Assembly: GCF_902459465.1 (NCBI RefSeq)
Contig: NC_047081.1
Span: 11,160,001-11,224,000, forward strand
Source: Asterias rubens
Lineage: Eukaryota
Reading direction: 5' to 3'
Length of the DNA: 64,000 bases
Part shown: piece after piece, positions 15,001 through 26,040 of the stretch
How positions within the stretch are numbered: position 1 is the stretch's first letter
How the letters are laid out: every line of letters begins with the position of its first letter
Translations under genes and position numbers: made by a program
Notes under the pieces: generated by a model
What the model saw: only the letters and a program-made list of their open reading frames with translations
Databases searched by the model: none
Told to the model about the DNA's origin: nothing

Positions 15001-18000
15001 AATACATTTTATTGTGTTTTGATGCATTTTTCCCAAAGTTTGTAACTTTTGAGTGTTTTTTTTTGTTTGAGCATCGAAGGTACATGTTGACAGTAACTGC
15101 ATGCAATCCATCCTGATTTCTGCACGAACCCCAAATGCTCTTCCAAAACTAAAACCCATGTCTGTCAAACCCGCATCGTTAAAACCCAAACATCTGACTA
15201 TTCAATGCTTTCTTTAACATTAATGTCTTGTTCCCAAACTCTCTCTCCCCCCGTCTGAATTGAATGCATTTTTCCAATTCAGTAGTAAGATAAAGGCTGC
15301 TTACGAGGAATACATGCGTCTTCATAACGCCAAGGTAGTCACTGTTTTTCACCTTGTTCTATGAGACAATTCGGAGTCACAGCTATGGGTCAAATTTCAT
15401 ACAGCTGCTTAAGAGGAAAATACTGCTTGAAAAATGCCTGCTTAGCAATAATGGGCAGGATACCAGTCACAAATTATGTTTGAGCGTGACGTGGTATTTT
15501 GGCTGGTAACCGTATTTTGGTTAGCTTAATTTTGTTTTGCTTCATATCTTATTTTTGTGCTTAAGCAGCTCTATTAAATTGGGTCCACGATGCGGCTTAG
15601 GCTTCATGAGCCATTAAGTGCACACTGCTCCCAAAATGGCTGGTGGAACTGAAAGCCGTGGTCAAAAGCTGAGGTCTCTGTTTGGTTCTGCATCACAATG
15701 ACTTGTGTAGTGTATGTGTTAGGCATGGCACTTGGATGTTATAATGTGAGCACATTTGTTGTCTTTTCTTGTCATTGGTGTCCTATACTATAGTATAGGA
15801 TACCAATGATAGATTCGCACTCCTCTGTTTGGTTTTGTTTGTTTGCTCAAAGGTTTATTGCACCACTGTCCGGTAGAGGACTCCGTAGTATTTTACTCCT
15901 CATCTGTTTGAGTCAGTGTGCACAAATGCCCTGTTGGGGACACCGTAGCCTCTATGTCCTTTGAGGGAAGCATCTGCAATGTTCTAATGTCAATTTCAGG
16001 ACACCGTAGTCTAAGCTATAGATATCTCATATGTACTGTACGTCAATTCCTTCTGCACTGTGAGAGGATTTAGAATCATAGAACCATGGGCTTATGGCAG
16101 TAGTTAGTTTCCTGACATACAAAACTAGTTCCCTACATCAGCCACCAACACTTTCAGGACTTTCACTCCCCCTCCCCCTCAGCTTTCCCTCTTTCTTTAA
16201 TTTGAGCCACTTTCATATAAATACATCCGGAATAAACTGTTTATTATCAATCGAATATCAGTATTAGGACTAGTAGAATTTGAAACTTTGCATGGTGGAA
16301 GTAAGATATAGAAAAGTTTGCGGTAACACCATGTAATAACAATCTCTCAATGAGTTGGGGTGGTTCTGAAAAGAACCGTTGGATTAACTCGACGTTTCGA
16401 TCAGTATGCTCTGATCGTCTTCTGGAGAATGCTGGACTCTGATGCTGTATGCTGCTTAAGTACTGGGCGGTGGATCAGCGGTGATGCATGAAGGCGGGAA
16501 ATAGAGGCATGAAGGCGTGAGCACACACCCCCCACACACCACCCTAGGCTCCACAACAGGTTTCACCACGCATCATCGAGTTCACTTCCCGCCTCTATTT
16601 CCTGCCTTCATGCATCACCGCTGATCCACCGCCCAGTACTTAAGCAGCATACAGCATCAGAGTCCAGCATTCTCCAGAAGACGATCAGAGCATACTGATC
16701 GAAACGTCAAGTTAATCCAAAGTATTAGGACTGATAAGGCTCCAATCCCCATCAGCCAATGTTCATGGCATCTAACATGTCTAAGACTAAAAAAAAAACC
16801 TTTGAAGTAACGTTGTACAAGCTCAGCTCTTAAAATCCTCTTATAAACTTGGGTCTAGTATAGCTGTTTAAAGGCATTGGACACTATTGGTAATTACTCA
16901 AAATAATTATCAGCATGAAACCTTACTTGGTAGTGAGTAATGGGGAGAGGTTGATAGTATAAAACATTGTTAGAAACGGCTCCCTCTGAAGTGACATAGT
17001 TTTTGAGAAAGAAGTAATTTTCCACAAACTTGATTTCGAGATCTCAAGTTTAGAATTTGATGTCTCGAAATCAAGCATCTGAAAACGCACAACTACGTAC
17101 GTGTGACAGGGGTGTTTTTTTCTTTCATAGTTATCTCGCAACTTCGACAACCAATCGAGCTCAAATGTTCACAGGTTTGTTATTTTATGCATCATATGTT
17201 GAGATACACCAAGTGAGAGGGCTAGTCTTTGACAATTACCAAAAGTGTCCTCTGTCTTTAACCTAAACCATTGCTGCCCCTTCCAAGTTTCCCTCATGAA
17301 CAACAGTACACAATGTGTGCAAATCTGTGAACATTTATAATCAGACTCTTTCTAATGTTATGAACGCTCAATTTTTCACCTTTTTTTTGAGGGGGGTGGG
17401 GGGGGGGGAGGGTTCAAAGGGATGTTCGTGATTGAAATAGTTGAGAATCATCCTACATCCTTTCCACATGAAATTTCAATTTCCTGATATGATTGTAGAA
17501 TTTCATAATTTGTTAGCATTGTGGAACGTCTGCCTAAGTTTCAAGGTTAATTAAAATTACTCTGTTTTTTCCCTGTGTTTCAACAGTCCAGTTCCCCCTT
17601 AGGAAATGTGTACTACTTTGAAAAAAATGTCTGTACCTCGGTTTATTTCATGTTCAGGAATTTCTTCTCTTAATATGAGATGGCCATTTTAAACAGCTAC
17701 TTGAGTGGAGTGTTTTTAACGTAAATTCTATTTTAACTTGGTTTTAATGCCTCAGGTTGTTCACCATTTAAATGTAATTTATTTTGGCATATGTGTAAAC
17801 TTCTGAATTTTTTGTAATTAGCGATTAAAAAATCAGGCCCCAACTTCAAGCTATTGACTGCGAGCGTCAAAATGACAACTGCTTTGACGTCATGTGTGGA
17901 TGTTTGCTTTGTTTCCCTCCAGGCTGCAACAAAGCGACTAACACATTGGAGCTCCCAACTATGATGTAATATGAATGATTACAAAACAGCTTTTAAAAAA

Positions 18001-21000
18001 AAAAAATTTATACTAGATTTTCTTAATAATTGAAAACATTTTAAATGAAATCCAGCAAAGTTCACGACTTGACATTTTCGTTCAAGCAGGTCTTTAAATA
18101 TTAGCCCTTTAGAGACCATAGCGGTCAAAATTGGCTTGTACTTCCCATATATCATGGTTCCTTGCTAAAACAAATCACTCCAATTGAAAGGCCTCTTTTC
18201 AATGTGCCCCATCCAAACCCATTTTCATGTCTTGCCGTATATTATGTGTGCAGTTTCAGGCAGAATGTAATTTATGCATTCCATGTGAAGATTTCATGAC
18301 GTCCGATTATACATTGTCGTAAGTTGTCACTCCAGTTGGGGTCATTTTGGTTTGATATTTCATCCATCCTGTCCATACATCATCATGACCTTTTTCCATT
18401 TTTAGTGGAATTATTAACATTCAGTCATTTGCATCTATGGATTTACGATTACATTTATTTAGGAGAGTGCAGTTTGCATGGTTTGAGTTTACTTATTTAA
18501 GAGGCTGCAGGTGAAAAAAATTATATTAAATTATCTCATTTGAAGTTAGTTTAATATACGTTTAAGTGAGGGCATGGTAACACTACTTGTTTTGGTTATG
18601 GGACATTTTATTTAAACTGATGGATGTATACAAATGAAATTTGTTCAATTTATTTTGGAGAGGACAGATTTGAAAACATCGGTTCACATAAAGCATGAAT
18701 CAAAACGCATGGTGTGTGCAATGCTATCTACATTGTATCATTGGAAATATAGAGATTCATCAATGGTTTTGAATGCATACAAAATTTTATTTTCATATCT
18801 ATCATCTGTAGGGTGAAGCTAATAATATGTAAAAATGTAGACATGTTATTTATTTCATGCTGTTTTCTCCAAAGTGCAATGCCCATTGCCCTGGGGAGTC
18901 AAAGTCATTGATAACCAAGACTGGACTGTTCCACATATCCAAGAGGGGAAGCAGATCCCAGAGGGGCTAAAATATTTTTACTCATATACTTACTTAATGC
19001 ACAAAATTGTACAGGCATGTCCAGATGTGACCCTCAGCAAATCGTGTTGGACTGCATCAATAGAAACCATCGATCTTTCTTTTTTTCTTCTGATGGCTAT
19101 ACTCATGGCATGGTTGGCTTGTGTGGTAAAGCGCTCGCCTCTCACCAAGGTGACCCCGGTTCGATTCCCGGCCAGGGCCATATGTGAGTTGAGTTGTGCG
19201 TTGGTTCTCTGCTGTGCCACGAGGGTTTTCCAGACCATCCAGTTTTCCTCCCTTGGGAAAAATCGAACACTTCCCATTTTGGCTGTGCTCCGTGGTCATG
19301 ATGTGGCTGGCAGCCAAAGACGCCCTTGCATGCCTGCTTCCCAAACACTTATTATCAAGCCAATGAAAAGGTCCCTCTGCAAATAATGATGACTCTTAGT
19401 TTTCGTTTTACCCTTCCACCAATGTTTGTCCTCGATGCAATTTTATTATCTATTGAACAATTGCGGAACCCGCTGTTAAAATATAAGATTCGCACTGCCT
19501 CTAGCTATGTACCAGGAATACTCAGTGGTCTAGTTGGTAAGACACTATTCTAGAGTTGCAAAGGTTGAGGGTTTGAATCTCACCCTGGTAATACGCCTGT
19601 GATTGCTTTCACAGAGCTCGGGAAAGTGCAGTGCTAACAAACATCGGTGTACGGCCAAAACCGTAATTAATATGACGACTCTCTCCTTCTAGATTATTTT
19701 GCCGGCATTATATTATTGATCAAACTTAATCTACCTTTATCAATTCTTGGTGTGTGAACTAACATTGATTCCAGCTTGCTTGCTTGCCGTTTGTCTTCAA
19801 ACTAACAATTTTTAAATGGAGGTCGATTATCTGGTGTTCCATCTTCATAGATTAATTTGTAAAACTTGAGTTGTTTGTTAGTTTGACTTTGACTTCATTT
19901 TTCTTGCATTTTACAATAATGAAAAAGTACACATTTTAAATTGACAGTGAAATAATGTATGCGAAATGGGGATGAATAAATCACATGATGGGATCAGCTA
20001 AATTTTACTTAAACTTTTGAACATTTGAACTTATATAAGATAACTTGACTCATGTTATAAGCAAGTAGCTAATCTTCATTTTTTTTTCCTGATGTAGAGA
20101 TGTGACTCGCCAGAGAAACTTTCCAATATGACATCTCGTCACAACAGCCCCCTTAAGGTGGGCCTCTCCCCAACATCACCGGAACCTCCGACCGATCTTG
20201 CCAATCACATCCAGTACATGGAGACGTCCCCACCCGGAGGCAGACGTCGCCCTCGAAGTGTCGAGGCGCCATCCTCGAGTCAACTTTCGCCGACTAGAAG
20301 ACGTCCTCAGAGTGCAGAAGGTCCTTCGTCTGATCGAGGTTCCCCAGATGGTCGAGGCTCTCCAGAGTCTGGTAGAACCAGCAAAAGGTCCCAGAAAAGC
20401 AAGAGTAAGATTCCCTCGAGTCCGACCAGGGGCGACAATATGATTATAGAACCAGCAGCGCCCCAGAATCCTGGGAGGTACATGTATGATGAACCGAGTG
20501 AAATATCAAAGAATGCTGAAGCTTCTGTGATCGGCAAGGGAAAGCCTCCAACAGGTGGCTCTCAGAGTAAGAAGCTTACTGGATCCAAGAAGAGCCAGTC
20601 TAAGCTGGCACGGCCATCCTCCTACAAGTCCAAAGGGTCAGGTTCTCAGGACAGCCTTCAGTCAGATGGCTCCCTGACAGATGACGGGAGGCAGCCGACA
20701 GAAGAACGGAGAGGTGGGCCACTGAAGCGCCCACTGGTGTACTCACAGCAGCCCAAAAGCGCGATGAGTTCGCCTAAACCACCAACAGGCCGGCAAGAGA
20801 TTCAACAGAAGAACATGAACGGCAGCTCAGATGGACTCTCCAAACCAAAGGAGATCCGAATGATGGCGGTCAGGCAGCAATCGGGGAAGAGTTTATTGCA
20901 GAAAGGGACTCAGAATCAGGATACCTCTTCGCAAGACGATCAAAGAGATAATGGAAGCCTGTCGACAAAGTTGCCATCGCTCCTCCGGATGTCCAAGACG

Positions 21001-21402
21001 CCCCAAACGAAACAGCAGGAGATCCCGACCAATCACAGAGGTCTGACCAACAGACCACCTCAGCTCATCGACGCCAATTCCAACCCAGTCCCACAGCAGA
21101 ATGGCGTCTCACACAAGACATCAACCAGGACGGCAGTAGAAGAGCAGTCCGATTCCCAACTGAAGTCGATGCCTGTCCAAATTCCTTGCGGGATAAAGCA
21201 GCTCCCGGTTTCAGCCAACTCTTGTTTGTCGCAATCGCCCGAGCGGGCGAGCTCCGGGGAGGATGAGAAACCTTCCCCGCCGCCATCTCCAAGGTCCAGG
21301 GGGCAACAGAGCAGTAAGATCGCCCTTCCAGTCAGGGGTAGGGGATCGAGTAGGCTTCCCAGGGGTAAAGGGATTCCTACCAGGAGAACCAACAACTCTT
21401 AA
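3032..21402 (+). CDS. CCSER-like (serine-rich coiled-coil domain protein, CCSER1/2 = FAM190 family), 3' part; 5' exons not identified in the window
   Basis: Exons with AG/GT borders and compatible phases: 3032-3245, 3873-3911, 4198-4254, 5043-5132, 7132-7224, 11455-11531, 15283-15334, 20098-21402 (stop TAA). Peptides are VYRHMIQDMTSVKTMLFKLKRALQA, SPCVSPLTSP, coiled-coil ENHVLRKEVKNLQELLADTQHNLKELQLQK and DASTQC. From memory these follow the order of the CCSER motifs QDCxxVKTxLLKxKRxLQ, SPxxxxxSP, coiled coil, DKSTQT. The last exon is a 434-aa S/P/R/K-rich low-complexity tail. Family assignment is from recall and needs BLAST/HMM confirmation. Confidence 0.65.
4303..4450. mobile_element. Harbinger-like MITE with CAG target-site duplication
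   Basis: CAG|GGGTCGATTTTGCAAAGAGT ... ACTCTTTGTGAAATCCACCC|CAG. The same end type occurs at about 51590-51670. Confidence 0.7.
6293..6679. mobile_element. TTAA-flanked MITE (Kolobok/T2-like), family A
   Basis: Ends are TTAAAGGCCATGGACACT... and ...GGTGTCCAGTGTCTTTAA. The ~380-bp body is shared with 16868-17261, 44230-44605 and 63411-63681. Confidence 0.8.
6770..6955 (-). mobile_element. Partial, deleted copy of family A MITE in opposite orientation
   Basis: GTAATTGTCAAAGACCAGTATTCTCACTTGGTGTATCTCAACATG... is the reverse complement of the family A 3' part. Confidence 0.65.
10710..10903. mobile_element. Harbinger-like MITE (GGGCC ends, CWG-type target duplication)
   Basis: Perfect 29-bp TIR GGGCCCAATTTCATGGCTCTGCTTACCGT, with CAG at both junctions. 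Related copies or ends at about 690-820, 5446-5900, 15446-15585, 22445-22663, 33430-33615, 59350-59470 and 62940-63060. Confidence 0.75.
12997..13382. mobile_element. TTAA-flanked MITE (Kolobok/T2-like), family B
   Basis: Near-perfect TIR: TTAAAGGAACATTACAGAATTG / CAATTCTGTAACGTTCCTTTAA. Confidence 0.85.
16272..16720. mobile_element. Non-autonomous insertion with a 12-bp target-site duplication and an internal 130-bp inverted repeat (possible Penelope-like/retrozyme-type remnant)
   Basis: AGTATTAGGACT occurs at 16260-16271 and 16721-16732. Arms 16379-16508 and 16591-16720 are reverse complements with 2 mismatches. The 5' part (...AAACTTTGCATGG...GGTTTGCGGTAACACCATGT...) recurs at about 45830, 48650 (-), 49165-49266 (-) and 61237-61430. 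Confidence 0.75.
16868..17261. mobile_element. TTAA-flanked MITE, family A
   Basis: TTAAAGGCATTGGACACTATTGGTAATT ... AATTACCAAAAGTGTCCTCTGTCTTTAA; body closely similar to 6293-6679. Confidence 0.85.
19106..19330 (+). mobile_element. tRNA-derived SINE
   Basis: A-box-like TGGCTTGTGTGG and B-box GGTTCGATTCCC, followed by a V-domain-like GGGTTTTCC...CCAGTTTTCCTCCC core; no tRNA 3' acceptor stem. Confidence 0.65.
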
Positions 21403-21494
21403 AAAGGTCAGAGGTCAAATAAAGGTAATAAGGTTATAAAAGTTAACAATGTCCGGAGATCATACATGCATGATCATCAAACAGTAACAGCGAC

Positions 21495-21658
21495 ATAGAC
21501 CCCTTGTGAAACGCTACAGGGCTCTGAGGCACAAAGAGCAGCTATCGTCCAATGATTTGGCTCCTTTGGCTTCAGTAAGGCTTCGGTTAGTGCGCTTTTT
21601 GGCGTCAGTGAGTTTTTTAAATTATTATTGCGTTTGACATCATATGCAAGGGGTCTAT
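21495..21658. mobile_element. Short MITE (ATAGACCCCTTG TIR) in the CCSER-like 3' UTR region
   Basis: ATAGACCCCTTG ... CAAGGGGTCTAT. Confidence 0.55.
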
Positions 21659-24600
21659 TAATTTCTTTGATTTGAACAATGATTCATCTTTTTTTTTTTT
21701 TTTTTAATTCTCAGAAAACATCGATGGATAAAAGAATAAGAATATTGTTACTGTGTTACCAAAACTATTCAAACTTTGCCAAACTCTATAAATCTCTTTG
21801 CTGTGTATGAACCTTGTAAACAGTTCTAAACCAAGGTGGTGTGATTGAAAATATCAGAACTTGTTGCAATGACTACGTGTACATTCCATCTCTACAGAAT
21901 TTAACCGCATTCCAGTTTTGGAACTACAAAAAATTGGAGGGAAACATCACCCTAAAATTTGTGTTTTAAGCCCACCACTTGTTGTTCTTCCAGCTTATGT
22001 TTTTTACATTGAGGATTATTTCCTAATTTGAAGAGAAAAAATGGCAGAAATCTGCATTATGGTTGGATGGCAAGGTGCATCATTGTTGGGGGAAACTGGC
22101 ACAAGTTTATTTGTTTGTTTGTTTGTTTCCATAATAAAAAGAAATTAATTTTCGGAATTTGCACAAATCTATAAACTACTTGTGTTTTGACAGTTGTTGA
22201 TGAAACAACATTCTCGAACTTTGCTGACTGTTTGCAAATAGCAAAAAAAAACGATTTGCCCTCTTTGTGGACTTTCTGTATAAATTATGGAACATGTTTT
22301 ATGGACAAATTATTTGCTCTAAAGGTCTTAGGTATTTTCTGAGAGGAATGGGGTGGTGATTTTTGTTCATCATCAGACGATGAAAATGTGAATTATAGTT
22401 GGGCTGGTCCCGAATACTATTTGAGCGGTAACTGGACCCAGCAAGGTCTGATTTCAAGGCTCGGCTTACCGTTGAATTCTGTGCTTATGATCGCCATTCA
22501 CCGCTTACTGCGCAAGTGCCAAAATTGTGCGCAAACTGTATAAGCGAACAAGCGAAAACTCCATGCTGATTCGTAAAAAGTTCGCTTGACGTGAGCGCGA
22601 AATTCCTTGCTTCCGCAAGTGCGCATTCTTTGGTTACGGTAAGCAGAGCCATGAAATGGGGCCAATGGGAGATTCCTCATATCATGAGACATGTATTATT
22701 AATGTTTGGACATAAGTGATGAAGAAGAAAAAACTTGATACATTTGATGAATTTGGAATATCTCTCCGTCATTTTAAAATCATGTGACTAAAATGTTAGA
22801 TTTCAGAATCCATTTGAGTGTGTATCAAACTGGTTCTCCATGTTTTGCTAAAACACAAGTCTAATGAGGCTCTTGTCAGGTTCTGTAAATCAAGGGTGAT
22901 TCTATTCACTGTAAAATTTTGAATAGAAGTTCAGGAACCAGACGATCCTAGATATTTGGGTTGAGGTTCTTTGTAAAGGTCACTTTTTCAAAGCAGCTAT
23001 TTTGTAAATATATGAAAATGTACAACGAAACATAATGGTAAACAAAACCATATTGCTGCTGGGTGTGTTTGTAAAGTTGTAAAATTATGTAAATTTTATG
23101 TTGAAAAATGCTCTATTGACTAGAAAAAACTTACACAAATATCTACTTATTAATGTAATAACTAAATTATTATCAAACCTATGATGAGAATTTGTAAACG
23201 CAGAGTCATACATCACAGATGAATAACTTATTTTTCTGTGGGAATGAGACATTGATATTTCTGAAGTAGGTTTGGAAAATATTTGATACATCCCAGGGAA
23301 ATAACATCTACTGTTATTCGAACAAACAAATATCAGGAAAGGCAAACCATTGGTTATTCTAAAACAGAAACATAAGGTTGGGTATCGCTTAAAATGAGCA
23401 CTGAGGGCTGACTTCCACAATGGCGCAAACATGATTTATCTTGGGGGGGGGGGATGGAGGTGAAATTGGGATCAGTAAACCTTACACTACTAATCAGAGA
23501 GAGATTAGGATTTTTGGTTTGTTTGATCAAGTCAAAAAGCACAACAGCACGATCTGACAAGTTTACCAGCGGTATAAGTTTGCCTTGAACAAATATTTTA
23601 TAAAAATGTGGACGGTCGTGTTAACGAATCTTCTCCCATAACACTAATGGGATTTGTGTGAAGGTAAAAGTGTGTGAGGATATACAATTATCTTGCCAAG
23701 AAAAAGTGAATATAATATTTCTAAATAACTACAAAGTTAGGGATACATTGTGGGTTTATTATAAGAGTGCATTCATTTCTATTCATTTTCTATTAACAAC
23801 CAAAAACCGATTGCTTACTTTTTCTAGAGAGAAAGAAGAAACCTGCCAAATAATGTTGACTGATTTGTCAGTGATTTTATGCTCATTGTAGTGTGTTTAT
23901 TTTGAGTTAATCTAAACTAAACAAAAAATGAATGAAATGTTTAGGAGGGGTGAAAAGTTGGGGATAAGGATGTTTTGAGTGGCAGTTTTTCAGATAACAA
24001 CAATGACCCACTTGAATTAATTAAATAAAACTGAACACCAGGGGGTAAAAAAAAGCTTAACAAATCTCAGGATTTAATAGAAAGCATTAATTGAGATCTT
24101 TATGATTGAAATGAGTGTACTGTTTAAGTAAACGATAGTGTACCATCTTAATTAAAGTAATTTAATTATCCATTGAATATAAGTGGACGTCCAGTTTTCA
24201 ACATTTTTAGTCATGCAAAGAGTGTGACATGGGAGGGTTGGGGTGTTTGAGACCAAGTATGACTGTAAAGGTCATCCATTTTGGAACAACAATGGTGATG
24301 ACAGGCATGATATTTAGTCATTTGACATGTTTGAATAATGTGGATATATTTTAATCGAGTACAAGGGCTAATGTACATACATATACCCGTGATGTAGGCT
24401 TCAACTTCAGGCTATATAATTGCAATCTTTTCAAAATTGTCCAAAAACAAAAAGGAAGAATATCATGCCTGTGTTAGTGAGGGAGACGTTTAGGAGAGGA
24501 GTGGTCCTCAAAAGTATTTCTCTCTGTATGACTTAGAAAATGTTGAAAGCTTTGGATGGTCCCAAAACCTTTAAATGTATCTTCACAGTTATTTATACTG

Positions 24601-26040
24601 ACCTGAACTGTAAGCTTGGATGAAAAGGTGGTCAGTGATTACTGTTTTTTGCACACCATCCTGTGAAGCTGGCCGGTCATGTTTTCATTTTGTGTGTGAA
24701 GATAAGGACATGTACTTAAAGCTGCACTGCGAGTACATACATTGTTTTGATTCATGTGTACATGTACATTGATGAAAGAAAAACCAAACGGACTTAAAAC
24801 CATGGGGTACTTTTGGTACAAACTTACCAGGTAAATCCATTGTTCTGGGTTATGTGCGCGTGCTTTGGGAAATTTACCTGGTATGTCTGCTGCCACCTAC
24901 ATGTAGCATTTCAAAAAAGTCTCCGACTGGGCAATGTGTACACGCACACGCACACAGACGGCATGTTGTAGGTCAGATATTTGAACAGTGACATCATATT
25001 CAATACGGTCTATACACACAACTCTCTAAGTTTGAATGCTATGCAGTAACAGTCTTCAAATTCGCCCATACTTTGTCAGTGCCAAAATATAAGCCAAGAA
25101 ATAAGCCTGTGTAATTTTCAGATCGTTTCACTGTACAGATTTGTCGAACAAAGTAAACCAATGTACTAAGTAAGTAATTGAAAAGTAGGGTTTGAAGCTC
25201 AGAGATACTAGTAAGGGTTTGCGGTGACGCTGTGTACATCAAATAATGATTTTCTGGAGGTGTTTGTGGCAGAATTTAGCCCTGTAAAACACACAATTCT
25301 ATGGGCCGTGAGTGCAGCATTCTGCGTTAAGCGAAACCATGATAATGGGCTTCAGTCTGAGCGTTTCAAATGTACTCTGTTTATCTTTAAGAGAAGACAG
25401 ACCTGTGTTACTCCTGGTTTTTAACAGAACGTGAATTTATACTCTAGTCAAAAGACCAATATGGACTTGCTATGTATGTACACGCGTCTCTGTAGCCTTA
25501 CATATGCACTTGGATTTTAAGTTTTTACTGGAGCATTTTAAGGGCACCAAGGCAATGGTCAGGGGGTACAGAGGCAATTGCCTTCTTTGCGACTGTGAAG
25601 TACCAGGCCTGAAATACATTTACCATATTTCTTGAACCTAATAGTTTAATGAACACTTTAGTGGGTCGAAGAAAATGTTACTACAACCATAAATGTGCAC
25701 TGTGCAATGTCATTGTAGATTATCATGTATCGTACAAGCTGTGGTAATAATTAAAGCTTTGTGACCGTATGAGCTGCTGATTTATTTTATTTTGGGATGT
25801 TTTAAGGTCGCCGGCTGTATACTTGTACTTCAAAAAGCAAAAGACAAGAGTTGGCCCTACCCTGGCTGTACTTTTGTGTGCCTTGCGTTTTTCGACCTTT
25901 TCTTCACACATTTACTTTGAAAAAGTGTAAGGCTAACTGCCTAGAATTTTTGAACATTTTCATGCAACAGCCTTGCATTTTCCCACTATTTCTTCCGAAA
26001 TTTGCTTTAAAAAAATGTAAGGCAAAAATTAGATTTTTAC

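Noticed and set aside
19106-19180. Possible tRNA genes here and at 34160, 56329, 58854 and 60646
   Set aside because: They have A/B boxes but no complete cloverleaf or acceptor stem, and they continue into shared SINE bodies.
18874-19386. 170-aa ORF and overlapping reverse ORFs
   Set aside because: Intronic, overlapping a tRNA-derived SINE, with no recognisable domain.
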